From Tubulanus polymorphus (taxonomy: Eukaryota > Animalia > Nemertea), in the NCBI RefSeq assembly GCF_964204645.1, contig NC_134030.1:124001-188000 (forward strand): DNA of 64,000 bases, written 5' to 3'. Positions 63,455 to 64,000 of this stretch are shown here, piece by piece. Position 1 is the first letter of the stretch. The number at the start of each line of letters is the position of its first letter. Under the pieces are notes generated by a model. It did not search any database. It saw nothing but the letters and a program-made list of their open reading frames with translations, and was not told the DNA's origin. Made by a program: the position numbers and the translations under genes.

Positions 63455-64000
63455 CGAAAATACTTGAGAAAATCAAAACACGTCCGAAGCCGATATTTAA
63501 ACGGATAAATGTTAATGTTGAAAATTCGGAAAATATTCACCCAACAAACTGTAGTCATACTTAATCCTCCTTGTCAAACATCCCTCAGTAACAAACGACT
63601 CTAACATTCTAAAAATACTTGAGAAAATAGAAATACGACCGATTAAACAAGATATAAAAAAGAGAAAATATTGATAATTCGGAAAATATTCACTCAACAA
63701 ACTGACGTCATACTCAATCCTCCTTGTCAAACATCCCTCAGTAACAAACGACTTGAACATTCTGAAAATACTTGAGAAAATAGAAACACGACCGATGCCG
63801 AGGTAAAACAAGATATTAAAAAGAGAAAATATTGAAAATTCTGAAAATATTCACTCAACAAACTGTAGTCATACTCAATCCTCCTTGTCAAACATCCCTC
63901 AGTAACAAACGACTTGAACATTCTGAAAATACTTGAGAAAATAGAAATACGACCGAAGCCGAGGTTAAACAAGATATAAAAAAGAGAAAATAATAAAGAA
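63455..64000. repeat. Continuation of the ~160-bp satellite after a ~740-bp interruption
   Basis: The same monomer resumes and runs off the right edge. Confidence 0.95.

Noticed and set aside
58741-63972. Family of ~80-aa hydrophobic ORFs (MFNLGFGRVSIF...)
   Set aside because: Products of the satellite monomer with non-ATG starts; the periodicity equals the repeat length.

Overview
Gene-dense, repeat-rich genomic DNA from a bilaterian invertebrate (spliceosomal GT-AG introns; organism not determinable here). It is not prokaryotic and has no CRISPR array. Hand-spliced gene models, left to right: the 5' part of V-ATPase V0 subunit a (minus strand; continues off the left edge; has a pair of apparently mutually exclusive exons and a twin GTCATGTGAC M-box/CLEAR-type promoter); tRNA-Ala(AGC); a small orphan single-pass membrane protein; SMUG1 uracil-DNA glycosylase with an unusual ~400-aa disordered N-terminal extension; and a three-unit tandem duplication (~18.7-43.3 kb). 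Each unit pairs a RING/B-box-less TRIM-like coiled-coil + putative beta-propeller gene with a mucin gene. Two mucin copies are truncated and predicted secreted, one is a full membrane mucin, and unit 2 carries a young LINE insertion. Then come a divergent 6-exon PEX19-like gene ending in a CaaX box, a BRI3 gene, a second identical tRNA-Ala, and a ~160-bp satellite. Most notable observations: patch-wise diversification of the propeller region of the TRIM-like genes next to an upstream pseudogene fragment, a minisatellite made of tandem copies of a 5' splice site, and dense same-orientation clusters of CTCF-like motifs.
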